Source: Candidatus Daviesbacteria bacterium (GTDB lineage Bacteria > Patescibacteriota > Microgenomatia > Daviesbacterales > UBA10151). Taken from it: a DNA stretch of 64,000 nucleotides. The translations under genes were made by a program, and so were the position numbers. The stretch lies in NCBI GenBank assembly GCA_016186955.1, contig JACPKP010000002.1, positions 5,566-69,565 of the forward strand, in the 5' to 3' direction. The notes under the pieces are model-generated. The model searched no databases. It worked only from the letters and a program-made list of their open reading frames with translations, and had not been told where the DNA came from. Numbering within the stretch: the stretch's first letter is position 1; each line of letters starts with the position of its first letter. Below are positions 38,520 through 47,769 of the stretch, piece by piece.

Positions 38520-40445
38520 TTAACTTTTCAAAATAGATAAAAATGCTTCTTGGGGAATCTCTACCCTTCCTATCATCTTCATCTTCTTTTTCCCCTTCTT
38601 TTGTTTTTCCAACAACTTATCTTTCCTAGTCCTGTCACCCCCATAAAGTTTAGCTGTCACATCTTTCCTAAAAGGTGAGATTGTCTCCCTGGCGATAATT
38701 GTTCCCCCTATTGCAGCCTGGATTGCTACCGCAAAATTCTGACGGGGCAGAACCTCTTTTAATTTTTCTACCATCCGCCGGCCAACGGATTCAGCCTTCG
38801 GCCTGACCACTACTGTTGTTAGTGCATCCACTTTTTCCCTTCCCACTAAAATATCAACCTTTACGGCGTCTACCTCCCTAAAATCTAAAAATTCCCAATC
38901 CAATGATGCAAACCCGCTTGAGACTGATTTTAATTTATCGTAAAAATCCGTAATCATCTCTGACAGGGGCATCTCATAAAAAAGTTCTACCTGAAATCCG
39001 AAGTGAGTCATATTCAAAAATTTCCCCCGCCTTTCCTGCACCAACTCCATCACCAAACCGATAAAATTATTGGGTGCAAAAACTTTTAAACTGACCCAAG
39101 GTTCTTTCAGGTTTCTCATATTACTCAAATCCAATTCAGCCGGATTATTAATAAGCTGCTCACCAACCATATATGCTACTGACGGCACAGTTGCTAAAAG
39201 GTTAACTCCGAATTCTGCAGACAGTCTTTGCTGCACAACTTCTGCATGTAGCAGCCCCAAAAATCCGCATCTGAAACCTGAGCCCAAAGCAGCTGATTGT
39301 TCCTGTTCAAAGATAAAAGCCGGGTCATTTAATTCAAATTTAGACAGCGCCTCTTTCAGCTCAAAATATTCTGATGCCTCAATCGGATAGAACCCCACAA
39401 ACACCATTGGTTTTACAGTTTTGTATCCGGGCAATGGTACAACTTTTGAAACATCGCCATTAATCCATTCTTCCAACTTTTCACTTTTCACTTTACGCTT
39501 TAAGCTTGTTATAGTGTCACCTACATAAACCAGATCCGGCTCTTTAATCCCTGTTGCAATATACCCTATCTCCCCGCTTTGTAGGCTTTCACAAGACACC
39601 AGTTGTGGTGAAAAATAACCCACTTCCAAAATTTGCCCTTCTGCTTTTGTCCCCAAAAAATAAATTGGGGATTGCTCTTTTGGCGTCTCACCATCAAATA
39701 TTCTAACTTGGGCAATTACACCCTTATAAGGATCAAAAAATGAATCAAAAATCAGAGCCCGAAGGTGTGAACCTATGACACCCGACGGGTAGTTTAGGTT
39801 GACACCCTTACTCCCAGGTGGTGGAACACGTTCAATAATCCTTCCCAAAATCTCCTCAACACCTTGCCCTGTTTTACCGGATGCAAGTAAAATTTCCTCC
39901 CCTGAAAACCCGAAAGTTGCAACTAATTCTTTTTTACATTTTTCCACATCAGCATTTGGCAAATCTATTTTATTTATAACAGGTATCAGAGTTAGGTTTT
40001 GCTCCAATGCGGATAAACCATGCGCCAATGTCTGTGCCTGAATCCCCTGCGTGGCATCCACCAAAAGCACTGCCCCCTCAACTGCAGCTAAAGCCCTGGA
40101 AACCTCATAAGAAAAATCAACATGCCCGGGAGTATCGATCAGATTCAAAATATACTCTCCTGAATCTGGAAACTCGAAATTCGAAGCACGAATATCGAAA
40201 TTTTGATCATTCGCATTTTGATAATTAGAATTTGTTTCGGATTTCGGATTTCGATATTCGTATTTTAGTCTTACTGGCGCAAGCTTGATAGTAATACCTC
40301 GCTCACGCTCAAGCGCCAAAGAATCCAACAACTGGGGTTTCATTTTGTCAGGCGCAACAGTGTGGCAGATCTCCAAAAACCTGTCAGCTAGAGTTGATTT
40401 GCCATGGTCAACGTGGGCAATAATCGAGAAGTTCCTAATATTCAT
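38520..40445 (-). CDS. lepA: Elongation factor 4 (LepA)
   Basis: NIRNFSIIAHVDHGKSTLADR, ERERGITIK, DTPGHVDFSYEV, GFRCGFLGLLH, RKDVTAKLYGGD. Confidence 0.98.
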   Translation of the reverse strand: MNIRNFSIIAHVDHGKSTLADRFLEICHTVAPDKMKPQLLDSLALERERGITIKLAPVRLKYEYRNPKSETNSNYQNANDQNFDIRASNFEFPDSGEYILNLIDTPGHVDFSYEVSRALAAVEGAVLLVDATQGIQAQTLAHGLSALEQNLTLIPVINKIDLPNADVEKCKKELVATFGFSGEEILLASGKTGQGVEEILGRIIERVPPPGSKGVNLNYPSGVIGSHLRALIFDSFFDPYKGVIAQVRIFDGETPKEQSPIYFLGTKAEGQILEVGYFSPQLVSCESLQSGEIGYIATGIKEPDLVYVGDTITSLKRKVKSEKLEEWINGDVSKVVPLPGYKTVKPMVFVGFYPIEASEYFELKEALSKFELNDPAFIFEQEQSAALGSGFRCGFLGLLHAEVVQQRLSAEFGVNLLATVPSVAYMVGEQLINNPAELDLSNMRNLKEPWVSLKVFAPNNFIGLVMELVQERRGKFLNMTHFGFQVELFYEMPLSEMITDFYDKLKSVSSGFASLDWEFLDFREVDAVKVDILVGREKVDALTTVVVRPKAESVGRRMVEKLKEVLPRQNFAVAIQAAIGGTIIARETISPFRKDVTAKLYGGDRTRKDKLLEKQKKGKKKMKMIGRVEIPQEAFLSILKS

Positions 40446-42070
40446 GTTTCTCCCACTACTTCTTTTGGGGTTACTTTAAGTTTGGTACGCCCAATCTTTT
40501 TCACCAATTCGGCATAAGTGTAAAGCTCTTTAATTTTTAACAACCAGACCAAAATTATATATACGATCAACCCAAAACATGAAGCAATTACTGTTAATAT
40601 AATTAAATTCACTGTCCTGGTAGTATCAAAAACCAATTGATCCAATTGTTTGATCGGTATATAAAGCGCAACAGCGGCAACAGCTGCAGAAACAAGCATC
40701 TTAAAAGCCGGCATCAGTAAACTGTACAAATTAAAACCGCCCACCCTTTTATGAAGAAAAGAAAAAAGCAGGACCAAAGACAGGTTTGAAGAGACAGAAT
40801 AAGAGATCCCCAAACCCCAAACCGGAAGATGCATCACGTTTATAAAAAGCAGGCTCAATAAAATATTAACCGCCACACTTATAATAGAAACTATAACGGG
40901 TGTTTTAGTATCCTTTAAGGCATAAAAAGCCCTGACTAAAAGCAACACAACAGATTGACTGACTAAACCAAGCGACAAAAAGGCAACTGTCCAACCTGTC
41001 AAAACTGTATCCTCCCAGCTGAAGCGGGCGGCGCCGAAAACCAGCCTTACCAACGGAATCCGCAGAATAATCAGTATCGCGCTCACAGGCAAAACCAAAA
41101 ATAAGATCTGATGCATGGTCGTCAAGAGGGTGATCTTAAATGCGGGAGATTCGTTCCTTGATTGCTCTCTTGATAAAACAGGCAATGCTGCTTGGGCAAT
41201 TGTTGCACCAAAAAGTCCAATCGGCGCTGTCTGCAAATGCTGGGCTACAGTCAGCAGGGATACCGAAGAATAGGAGATAACTGACGATAATGCGATTGCC
41301 ACAACATCATTTATCTGCTCTGCTATCAAACCTATATTCCTTATACTCATCAGCCGGAAAATCTCTTTGACGCCTTTATTTAAAAAATCAAAAGAAAGTT
41401 GATACTTAAACCCCAAAGATTTAATAAGGGGCACCTGGATCAATACATGTAACACCGCTCCTATTAAAACTCCAAAAGCAGGCCCATAAATACCGAAAAA
41501 TTGTGATAAAACAGTGATCCCTAAAATAATACCGACGTTATAAAAAAACGGGGCCAGGGCCGGTACAATAAACCTCTGGTAAGATTGCCCTACCGCTATA
41601 AAAAAAGAGCCTATTATCAAAAACAGCTGTGACAGTAATATTATCTTGGTCAACTGGTCTGTCACCTCTTTTTGGTGGCCGGAAAAACCAGGAATCAACA
41701 GGCTATTGAGGGGGACAACAAAGATAAAAGCTATAAGCGCCACCAGGCCAAAAACCAGCAGTGACAGGTTCAAAATATTTGAAGCGAATTCAAACGCCTG
41801 CCTTGGCCCCTTTTGGTGGAGGTATTCAGTAAAAATAGGTATGAACGCAACCGAGAGAGAGCCAAAAATTAAAAGTTGAAATATCAGGTCAGGCAGTTTA
41901 AAGGCTGCAAAAAAAATTGCTGATTGTGTTGTATCAAAATTATGGAATAATAATCTGTCTTTGATTAATCCTAAAAATTTAGAGGCAAAAATAGCAACCA
42001 TCAAAACCATCGCCCCTGAAAGGATACTGTTTTGCCTGGCTGCTAAAATAGAAAGAAAAGATTTTACCAT
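40442..42070 (-). CDS. murJ: Lipid II flippase MurJ
   Basis: SKFLGLIKDR, AAFKLPD, AFIPIF, RAFYALKDTKTP; multiple TMs. Confidence 0.93.
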   Translation of the reverse strand: MVKSFLSILAARQNSILSGAMVLMVAIFASKFLGLIKDRLLFHNFDTTQSAIFFAAFKLPDLIFQLLIFGSLSVAFIPIFTEYLHQKGPRQAFEFASNILNLSLLVFGLVALIAFIFVVPLNSLLIPGFSGHQKEVTDQLTKIILLSQLFLIIGSFFIAVGQSYQRFIVPALAPFFYNVGIILGITVLSQFFGIYGPAFGVLIGAVLHVLIQVPLIKSLGFKYQLSFDFLNKGVKEIFRLMSIRNIGLIAEQINDVVAIALSSVISYSSVSLLTVAQHLQTAPIGLFGATIAQAALPVLSREQSRNESPAFKITLLTTMHQILFLVLPVSAILIILRIPLVRLVFGAARFSWEDTVLTGWTVAFLSLGLVSQSVVLLLVRAFYALKDTKTPVIVSIISVAVNILLSLLFINVMHLPVWGLGISYSVSSNLSLVLLFSFLHKRVGGFNLYSLLMPAFKMLVSAAVAAVALYIPIKQLDQLVFDTTRTVNLIILTVIASCFGLIVYIILVWLLKIKELYTYAELVKKIGRTKLKVTPKEVVGET

Positions 42071-42136
42071 CAGCTAAATTTTATGATATTATACAGGAGT
42101 TTGCCAAATAGCTTTAAGTTTGATAAAATACTCCCT

Positions 42137-42385
42137 ATGCCAATCATTAAATCAGCTATCAAAAAGGTACGCAAAGATAAAAAACGCACTATGCATAATA
42201 AAAAAAATAAGGAAACCATAAAGGGTTTAATCAAAAAGATGCGCAAAACACCAACTGCAAAAAATTTACAACAGGTTAGTAGCTCCCTGGATAAAGCTGC
42301 CAAAACCCATCTTATACACCCCAATAAATCTTCACGGCTTAAAAGCAGGCTTGCACATTTAATGACAACATCCGGTTTTCGGTAG
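42137..42385 (+). CDS. rpsT: 30S ribosomal protein S20
   Basis: MPIIKSAIKK...LDKAAK..LIHPNKSSRLKSRL. Confidence 0.95.
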   Translation: MPIIKSAIKKVRKDKKRTMHNKKNKETIKGLIKKMRKTPTAKNLQQVSSSLDKAAKTHLIHPNKSSRLKSRLAHLMTTSGFR

Positions 42386-42467
42386 ACTTAAATAAGACTA
42401 CACCAGGCTGATTGCCACTTGGGTTTTACCCTAACTTGTTTTACAATAATCCTAATCTCACTAAATT

Positions 42468-43034
42468 ATGGCTAAGCCTGTCCAGAAAAATACGCCTAGA
42501 GTTAACTTGAACCTTTTGTACCCGCAGGGTATTGCCCAAAAACTTCCCATCCGCTTTTTGAGATGGCTGTTATCATATGGCCGCTTCATTGTTGTTGCAG
42601 TAGAGATATTCGTGCTGGCCGCATTCGCTTTCCGTTTTAAACTGGATGCTGATCTGACCAACCTTAAAGAACAGATTAACGAAAAAGTGCCTTTTATTGA
42701 AAGCCTATCAGCTGACGAGGCAAGGATCAAACAGACACAACAAAGGTTAGCTATTATTAAAAACGTCTATGCATTTTCCGGTTCATGGCAAGGCATTTTA
42801 TCCAAAATTAGTGCACAAATTCCAATTACTGCCAAGCTAACTAGTATAAATTCGGAAAAAAACGATAGTGGAGTTTTGCAATTTAAGTTAAATGCTCAAA
42901 CAACCAATATTAGTGATGTTGCTCTATTGTTAAAAGGGCTCAGGGAGGACAAGGAATTGAAAGATATCAACTTGTCCAATATAAGCTTTGAGCAAGGGTA
43001 TATATTATTTAGTATAACAGGGAGTATTAAATGA
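42468..43034 (+). CDS. pilN: PilN-like type IV pilus assembly protein
   Basis: VNLNLL motif, TM helix, coiled coil, ferredoxin-like C-terminus. Confidence 0.7.
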   Translation: MAKPVQKNTPRVNLNLLYPQGIAQKLPIRFLRWLLSYGRFIVVAVEIFVLAAFAFRFKLDADLTNLKEQINEKVPFIESLSADEARIKQTQQRLAIIKNVYAFSGSWQGILSKISAQIPITAKLTSINSEKNDSGVLQFKLNAQTTNISDVALLLKGLREDKELKDINLSNISFEQGYILFSITGSIK

Positions 43035-43633
43035 ACCCACGGTATTCAAGATATTACATATTTGTAAAACCTATTTTTAAAAATAAGGTTGTCAAAAGTT
43101 ATGGGTATTTTATTTTTAGCCTCATCACTATCACTATTTTTGCTTTATTAGCAATCCGGCCAACTTTAAACACTATTGTCTCACTTCAAAAAAGTATTGC
43201 TGAACAACAAGGGATTTTGAAGCAATTGGATACAAAAACAGCCAATCTATCTGCAGGAAAACAAAATCTGGACAATCTGGATCCAGATGCAAAAAACAAA
43301 CTTTCAAGCTTACTCCCTGATTATACTTCCTTACCAAAATTAATTGACAACTTAACTACACTTGCTGTCCAAAACGAAGCTTCTATATCCGGATTACAAT
43401 TTCAACCTGTAGATCTCTTAGGTGCGCCGAAAACCCTTAGCAAAGATGCAAAACCCGAAGAGATAGAGTTTACATTAAACAGCCAAGGTTCGTATGAAAA
43501 TCTTTCCTTGTTTTTAAATTCCATTGTCACCACCAACCGCTTGATTAATATAAACTCAGTCAATTTTAATAAACCTCTTGATAGTCCTTTGAGCATGTCA
43601 ATAAATGCGGTAGCTTATTTTCTTAGGAATTAA
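43031..43633 (+). CDS. pilO: PilO-like type IV pilus assembly protein
   Basis: TM helix, LLPD..LPKL, QGSYENL..FL...NRLINI; overlaps pilN. Confidence 0.75.
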   Translation: MNPRYSRYYIFVKPIFKNKVVKSYGYFIFSLITITIFALLAIRPTLNTIVSLQKSIAEQQGILKQLDTKTANLSAGKQNLDNLDPDAKNKLSSLLPDYTSLPKLIDNLTTLAVQNEASISGLQFQPVDLLGAPKTLSKDAKPEEIEFTLNSQGSYENLSLFLNSIVTTNRLININSVNFNKPLDSPLSMSINAVAYFLRN

Positions 43634-43647
43634 TACTTTTAAGGTTT

Positions 43648-43908
43648 ATGAACAGGAAAGAACTGATTATAGTCTTTGCAATTACTTTTATAGTAGTCGC
43701 CATATGGATCATTTCAGATGCTTATCGCAATACTAAACCTTCTATACCGCCTGACCCTAAATTACAAAAAATTATGGATCCTGTTGACCCAAACTTTGAT
43801 GAAGAAACCATCAAGGCTATCAAAAACCCACCGGTGATACAAGTTCCGGTTATTACCAACCCGCAACCAAGCGAACAACCGGCAACGGGATCTGCTATTC
43901 CACAATGA
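43648..43908 (+). CDS. Small membrane-anchored protein in the pil cluster
   Basis: N-terminal TM helix and Pro-rich tail. Confidence 0.65.
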   Translation: MNRKELIIVFAITFIVVAIWIISDAYRNTKPSIPPDPKLQKIMDPVDPNFDEETIKAIKNPPVIQVPVITNPQPSEQPATGSAIPQ

Positions 43909-44831
43909 AAATTCCAACATTATTGGGCTTGGCATTGCTGACAGTTGCAGTTGTTTTAGGCATCATCATTTTCTTTTATAAACAAAAGGTCCAAAAAGAA
44001 TTGGAACTTATTTTAATGCCTAAAAAAATCCAGGTGGCCAACATTACTGAATCTTCGGCAACAATAACCTGGCAAACATATACACCAGCGCTGGAGTCGG
44101 TGGTATACGGGGTTGATACAAATTTAGACCAGGCGCAAAATGATGACCGCAATCAAAATAACCAGGAGTTGCGTTTGACACATTTTGTAACCTTAAAAAA
44201 CCTGCAACCTGACAAAACCTACTATTTTAAGATACAAGGGCCACAATTCCTTTATCCAAACCAACCATTATCCTTTAAAACAGGCAAGGAAATCACAGCA
44301 GATACTACCCTAACCCCTCTGCGCGGAAGCGTTGTCGACCAAAGCCTGAACCCGGTTGACGAAGCTTTGGTGTTTCTAAAAATTACCGGAGCAGCTGAAC
44401 TGGCAGGTTTTACTACAACAGCAGGCAATTTTATAATCCCTTTAAAAGGCTTATACAAGCAGGATTTGGCAGGACAGTTTACACCCGAATTAATGCAGGA
44501 GGTTATTTTGACTGTATCCCGGGCAAATCTGGAGTCTTCTGCTGTGATAATTTTACCTCCGGTAAACCACTCCCTACCTCCAATTATACTGGGCGAAAAC
44601 CAGGATTTAAGGCATGAGATAGCAGCTTCCACTGCCCCAATTGCAACTATCTCCGCACAGCTGAAAAAGTTTGATTTAAACAATGACGGACAGTTGAATG
44701 CACTTGATGTATCAATTATGATTGACAATATTTCAAAAAAACAAAAATTAAAACAGGCTGATGTAAATGGGGACAGGAAAATTGACCAAAAAGATTTAGA
44801 CCTGCTGGAAAAAGCCCTCCAGTCGCTTTAA
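43905..44831 (+). CDS. Membrane-anchored FN3 / purple-acid-phosphatase-N-like protein with a C-terminal dockerin-like domain
   Basis: ANITESSATITWQT, HFVTLKNLQPDKTYYF, DLNNDGQLNALD...DVNGDRKIDQKD. Confidence 0.8.
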   Translation: MKIPTLLGLALLTVAVVLGIIIFFYKQKVQKELELILMPKKIQVANITESSATITWQTYTPALESVVYGVDTNLDQAQNDDRNQNNQELRLTHFVTLKNLQPDKTYYFKIQGPQFLYPNQPLSFKTGKEITADTTLTPLRGSVVDQSLNPVDEALVFLKITGAAELAGFTTTAGNFIIPLKGLYKQDLAGQFTPELMQEVILTVSRANLESSAVIILPPVNHSLPPIILGENQDLRHEIAASTAPIATISAQLKKFDLNNDGQLNALDVSIMIDNISKKQKLKQADVNGDRKIDQKDLDLLEKALQSL

Positions 44832-44844
44832 AACCCATAGTCAT

Positions 44845-44935
44845 TTGACTTCTCGTTTTAATTCTGTTATTATCACCCTGCATTTATGTTTAAATGCTCT
44901 GCTCTTTCTTGAGCAGACAGCACTTTGAAAATTTG
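44845..44935 (+). promoter_or_regulatory. Cassette 1 promoter with hairpins and a boxA-like leader motif
   Basis: TTGACT-N17-TATTAT with extended TG; two hairpins, then CAGCACTTTGAAAATTTG. Confidence 0.7.
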
Positions 44936-45026
44936 TGGAACAAAGTGAAGGAGGGATTTTTTAACCTATCGTTATCCGTCTGATCCGCCTTTGGTGGATC
45001 GTTCAGTCTCTAAATCAGGAGGAGTG

Positions 45027-46328
45027 ATGAAAATCAGGCTAGTACTGACAGCAACCCTTGTGGTTGCCTACGCACTGTTTAATATGGCTTACGGGCCATT
45101 TCGCACAAACGTGCAGGCTCGTATGGCTACTGGTCAGGTCTCTAATGACCCCGCCACAGCAGCGCTTGCCCGCGCTGCTGCACAAAACGACCTGCTGATT
45201 ACTTGGGTTAGCGGAATACTGGTGGCGTTGTTGGTCCTTATCTGGATCACAGTGCTTCCAACACTTCTGCGGTTACTCAGAGACAACGGCAACGGTAAGA
45301 TACACATCATCGCCCTCGTGGTGATGCTGTTTGTCTTACCTTCCCTCGCCTGCGCCCCCTACAAAAAGGACCTCCTTGAGGAAATCGCTCCAAACGAGAC
45401 GGCTTTCCTGGTACCTCTTGAGGATACCAAAGACTCGCAAGCTCAGTTTCAAAGCGTGCAGTACCTCAATGAGAAAAAGGTAGCAGGCAAGAGGGTGACT
45501 ATCCCCCAGAGAGACTTGCATAAGGGCTATATGCCCTGGGAACTCGAATACATTCCAACCATGAAGGTCATTAAGGTTGACCGTACACCTGCAGTCCGTG
45601 AGTGGACCAAGGCTACGGATTCGGGCACGAGTGCCAACAACCAGGCCTTTAGGGTGGAATCAAACGAGTCCATCGATTTTTGGATCGGAGGTGTCGCAAG
45701 CGCCTCTATCAAGGAGGAAGACGCGGCAACCTTTTTGTACAACTTCCCCAATAAGCCTTTAGCCCAGGTTATGGACAGCAATGTCCGCAACATGGTGCAA
45801 AAGATCTTGTTCAATGAGTTCGGTATCCGGTCTCTTGACCAGGGAAGGCAGGACAAGAAGGTCATTTTTTCGTATACCGAGGAACAAGTCCGCGCTGCCT
45901 TTAAACCGCTCGGCCTCACTATTGATTACGTCGGCGGCAGTGAGGGTATGACTTACGCTGATCCCAAAATCCAGGAAGGGATCAATACGGTTTTCGCGGC
46001 ACAGTTGGAGAAATCCAGGCAGGAAGCGTTAAAACGGGCGCAGGAAGAGACAAACCTCAAGGATATCTCCGTCGCTGAAACCGCAAAGCGCAAAGTTGAG
46101 CTTGATGCCGACGCGAACGCTTATCGCACAAGGACTGAAGCGATAGCTTCGGCGGATGCCTTAAGGTTGAGAGGCGAACAACTCGATAAACACCCAAGTC
46201 TGGTTGACTTTGAAGTTGCCCAGCGCTACAAGGGTGATGTACCCGAAACTGTCGTTGACGGTGGTGGTGGCAACTTACCCGGGTTTTTCTTAAACCCTGG
46301 TCGCCGCACAACTCCTGTACAACGCTAG
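45027..46328 (+). CDS. SPFH/band-7 domain membrane protein
   Basis: Three hydrophobic segments (third ends LACA), SPFH-like core, Ala/Glu-rich coiled coil, RYKGDVP tail; AGGAGG RBS. Confidence 0.75.
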   Translation: MKIRLVLTATLVVAYALFNMAYGPFRTNVQARMATGQVSNDPATAALARAAAQNDLLITWVSGILVALLVLIWITVLPTLLRLLRDNGNGKIHIIALVVMLFVLPSLACAPYKKDLLEEIAPNETAFLVPLEDTKDSQAQFQSVQYLNEKKVAGKRVTIPQRDLHKGYMPWELEYIPTMKVIKVDRTPAVREWTKATDSGTSANNQAFRVESNESIDFWIGGVASASIKEEDAATFLYNFPNKPLAQVMDSNVRNMVQKILFNEFGIRSLDQGRQDKKVIFSYTEEQVRAAFKPLGLTIDYVGGSEGMTYADPKIQEGINTVFAAQLEKSRQEALKRAQEETNLKDISVAETAKRKVELDADANAYRTRTEAIASADALRLRGEQLDKHPSLVDFEVAQRYKGDVPETVVDGGGGNLPGFFLNPGRRTTPVQR

Positions 46329-46340
46329 TTCCACAACTTT

Positions 46341-46416
46341 CTGCCGGTTAGCCTCAAGCTAACCCTAAAGCCACACAGGCGTGGCTTGATGGGACAGCCT
46401 CAAGGCTGACAGGCAG
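46341..46416 (+). ncRNA. Candidate structured RNA, four-way junction, copy 1
   Basis: CTGCC/GGCAG encloses three hairpins; repeated at 47662. Confidence 0.6.
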
Positions 46417-46419
46417 TTG

Positions 46420-46450
46420 GGCCCCGATGTAACAGTCGGGGCCTTTTTTT
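46420..46450 (+). terminator. Intrinsic terminator, cassette 1
   Basis: GGCCCCGA-N8-TCGGGGCC-T7. Confidence 0.9.
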
Positions 46451-46462
46451 GCCTGCCTGCAG

Positions 46463-46524
46463 AAATGAATCAAAAAGATATGGGCCTGTTACAAAGCCCT
46501 CCAGTCGCTTTAAAAACCCATAGT
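46463..46524 (+). repeat. Degenerate copy of the 3' end of the FN3/dockerin gene
   Basis: AAAGCCCTCCAGTCGCTTTAAAA identical at 44811-44833 and 46493-46515; CAAAAAGAT and CCCATAGT are also shared. Confidence 0.85.
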
Positions 46525-46599
46525 TTGACAAATTATAAAATCTGTGCTAGAATCCCAAGTGACAAAAGTTTTCAACTTTTGCAGCACATTAAAAATTTG
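46525..46599 (+). promoter_or_regulatory. Cassette 2 promoter with hairpin and boxA-like leader motif
   Basis: TTGACA-N17-TAGAAT with extended TG; hairpin CAAAAGTT-TTC-AACTTTTG, then CAGCACATTAAAAATTTG. Confidence 0.7.
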
Positions 46600-46723
46600 A
46601 GGGCTATTCAGTCTATCAGTTGGGAAGCGCAAAGTATATCAAGCCTTTGGTGTATTTTGTGCTTCTCATCTGAGAGCTGGCAGACAGCAGCCATGGATGC
46701 TGACTTATCAAAAGGAGGAGGCT

Positions 46724-47074
46724 GTGAAAGCCGTCTTAGGAACAATCGGCGTGGTTCTTGGAGCGCTTTTAGTGCTCCTGGCGCTCACCTGGATGGCCCA
46801 GGGGAGCAATTTTTTCCTGTACAAGGTGTTCGCACATCAGTACGCGGTTGTAGAACGCGAGGTGTACGAAGGTACACCGAGCTACAATCAGGGGATGATT
46901 CAGGAGCTGCAGAACATGCAGCGCGAGTACCTGAAGGCTCCTGAGGATAGCAAACCGGCGCTGCGCAAGATCATTTTGCGTCGGTCGGATGCGTATCCGA
47001 ACAAGGATAGGATGCCTGCGGATCTGCAGGCTTTTATCGCTCAGCTTGAGCGCGAAGAGCGCTCTGCACGCTGA
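46724..47074 (+). CDS. Small membrane-anchored protein, phage-like
   Basis: GTG after AGGAGGAGG; TM helix then VEREVYEGTPSYNQGMIQEL. Confidence 0.75.
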   Translation: MKAVLGTIGVVLGALLVLLALTWMAQGSNFFLYKVFAHQYAVVEREVYEGTPSYNQGMIQELQNMQREYLKAPEDSKPALRKIILRRSDAYPNKDRMPADLQAFIAQLEREERSAR

Positions 47075-47091
47075 CGAAAAAGGAGTAGCGA

Positions 47092-47643
47092 GTGAAGTCT
47101 CGTTTTAAACTCGTGCGGTTAGTAGCCGTAGCAGCTGTTTTGGTAACGGCAGTCTGGGGCTGCGCCCCAGCGCCTACGCCCACAAGTGACCAACAGCAGA
47201 CCCGGCAGCAGGACAAGCTGCTGGAAGAAGGTACCCGGCAGACCGGGATGCCCAACATCGTCAACTTCCGGGAACGGAAGATGATGAAGGACATCCTGGA
47301 ACTGCGTGACCAGGAAGGCTTGGTCACGTTCACCTACCTGGAGAATCTTTCTCCGATAGTGGTTCCGGGTAAAACCGCGCTGGGCGGAAAGTTGACGTTC
47401 CTTGGCGAGTCGGTTGGTTACGGGTTGCCGTATGCAACCCAATATACCAACCCGCAGAGGGTCATAAACCCCTACACGTCGGCGATAACCACCCTGCCCC
47501 AGGCTGACCCGAATGGGCTCTTCTCGCCGGCTTCGGCCGAGGGGACCTGGGTGATCCTGAAGGATCCGGGCAGCAATAAAACCGGGGTGGTTTACGTTGA
47601 ACCCCGGATTGTGGTTTCACCCTTCAAGTATCAACCAGACTGA
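47092..47643 (+). CDS. Lipoprotein, phage-like
   Basis: Signal peptide with lipobox VWGC; SVGYGLPYATQYTNP, LPQADPNGLFSPASAEGTWV, VYVEP. Confidence 0.8.
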   Translation: MKSRFKLVRLVAVAAVLVTAVWGCAPAPTPTSDQQQTRQQDKLLEEGTRQTGMPNIVNFRERKMMKDILELRDQEGLVTFTYLENLSPIVVPGKTALGGKLTFLGESVGYGLPYATQYTNPQRVINPYTSAITTLPQADPNGLFSPASAEGTWVILKDPGSNKTGVVYVEPRIVVSPFKYQPD

Positions 47644-47661
47644 CTCTCGAATTCAATCGTT

Positions 47662-47737
47662 CTGCCGGTTAGTCTCAAGCTAACCCTAAAGCCACACAGG
47701 CGTGGCTTGATGGGACAGCCTCAAGGCTGACAGACAG
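47662..47737 (+). ncRNA. Candidate structured RNA, copy 2
   Basis: 74/76 nt identical to 46341-46416. Confidence 0.6.
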
Positions 47738-47738
47738 T

Positions 47739-47769
47739 GGCCCCGATGTAAAAGTCGGGGCCTTTTTTT
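47739..47769 (+). terminator. Intrinsic terminator, cassette 2
   Basis: GGCCCCGA-N8-TCGGGGCC-T7. Confidence 0.9.

Noticed and set aside
46341-46416. tRNA gene (76 nt, cloverleaf-like)
   Set aside because: Only a 5-bp outer stem, a 6-nt central loop, no TTC T-loop, no D-loop GG and no CCA on either strand.
46417-46944. 175-aa ORF in the track
   Set aside because: It runs through a terminator and a promoter and overlaps the SD-led 46724 gene out of frame.
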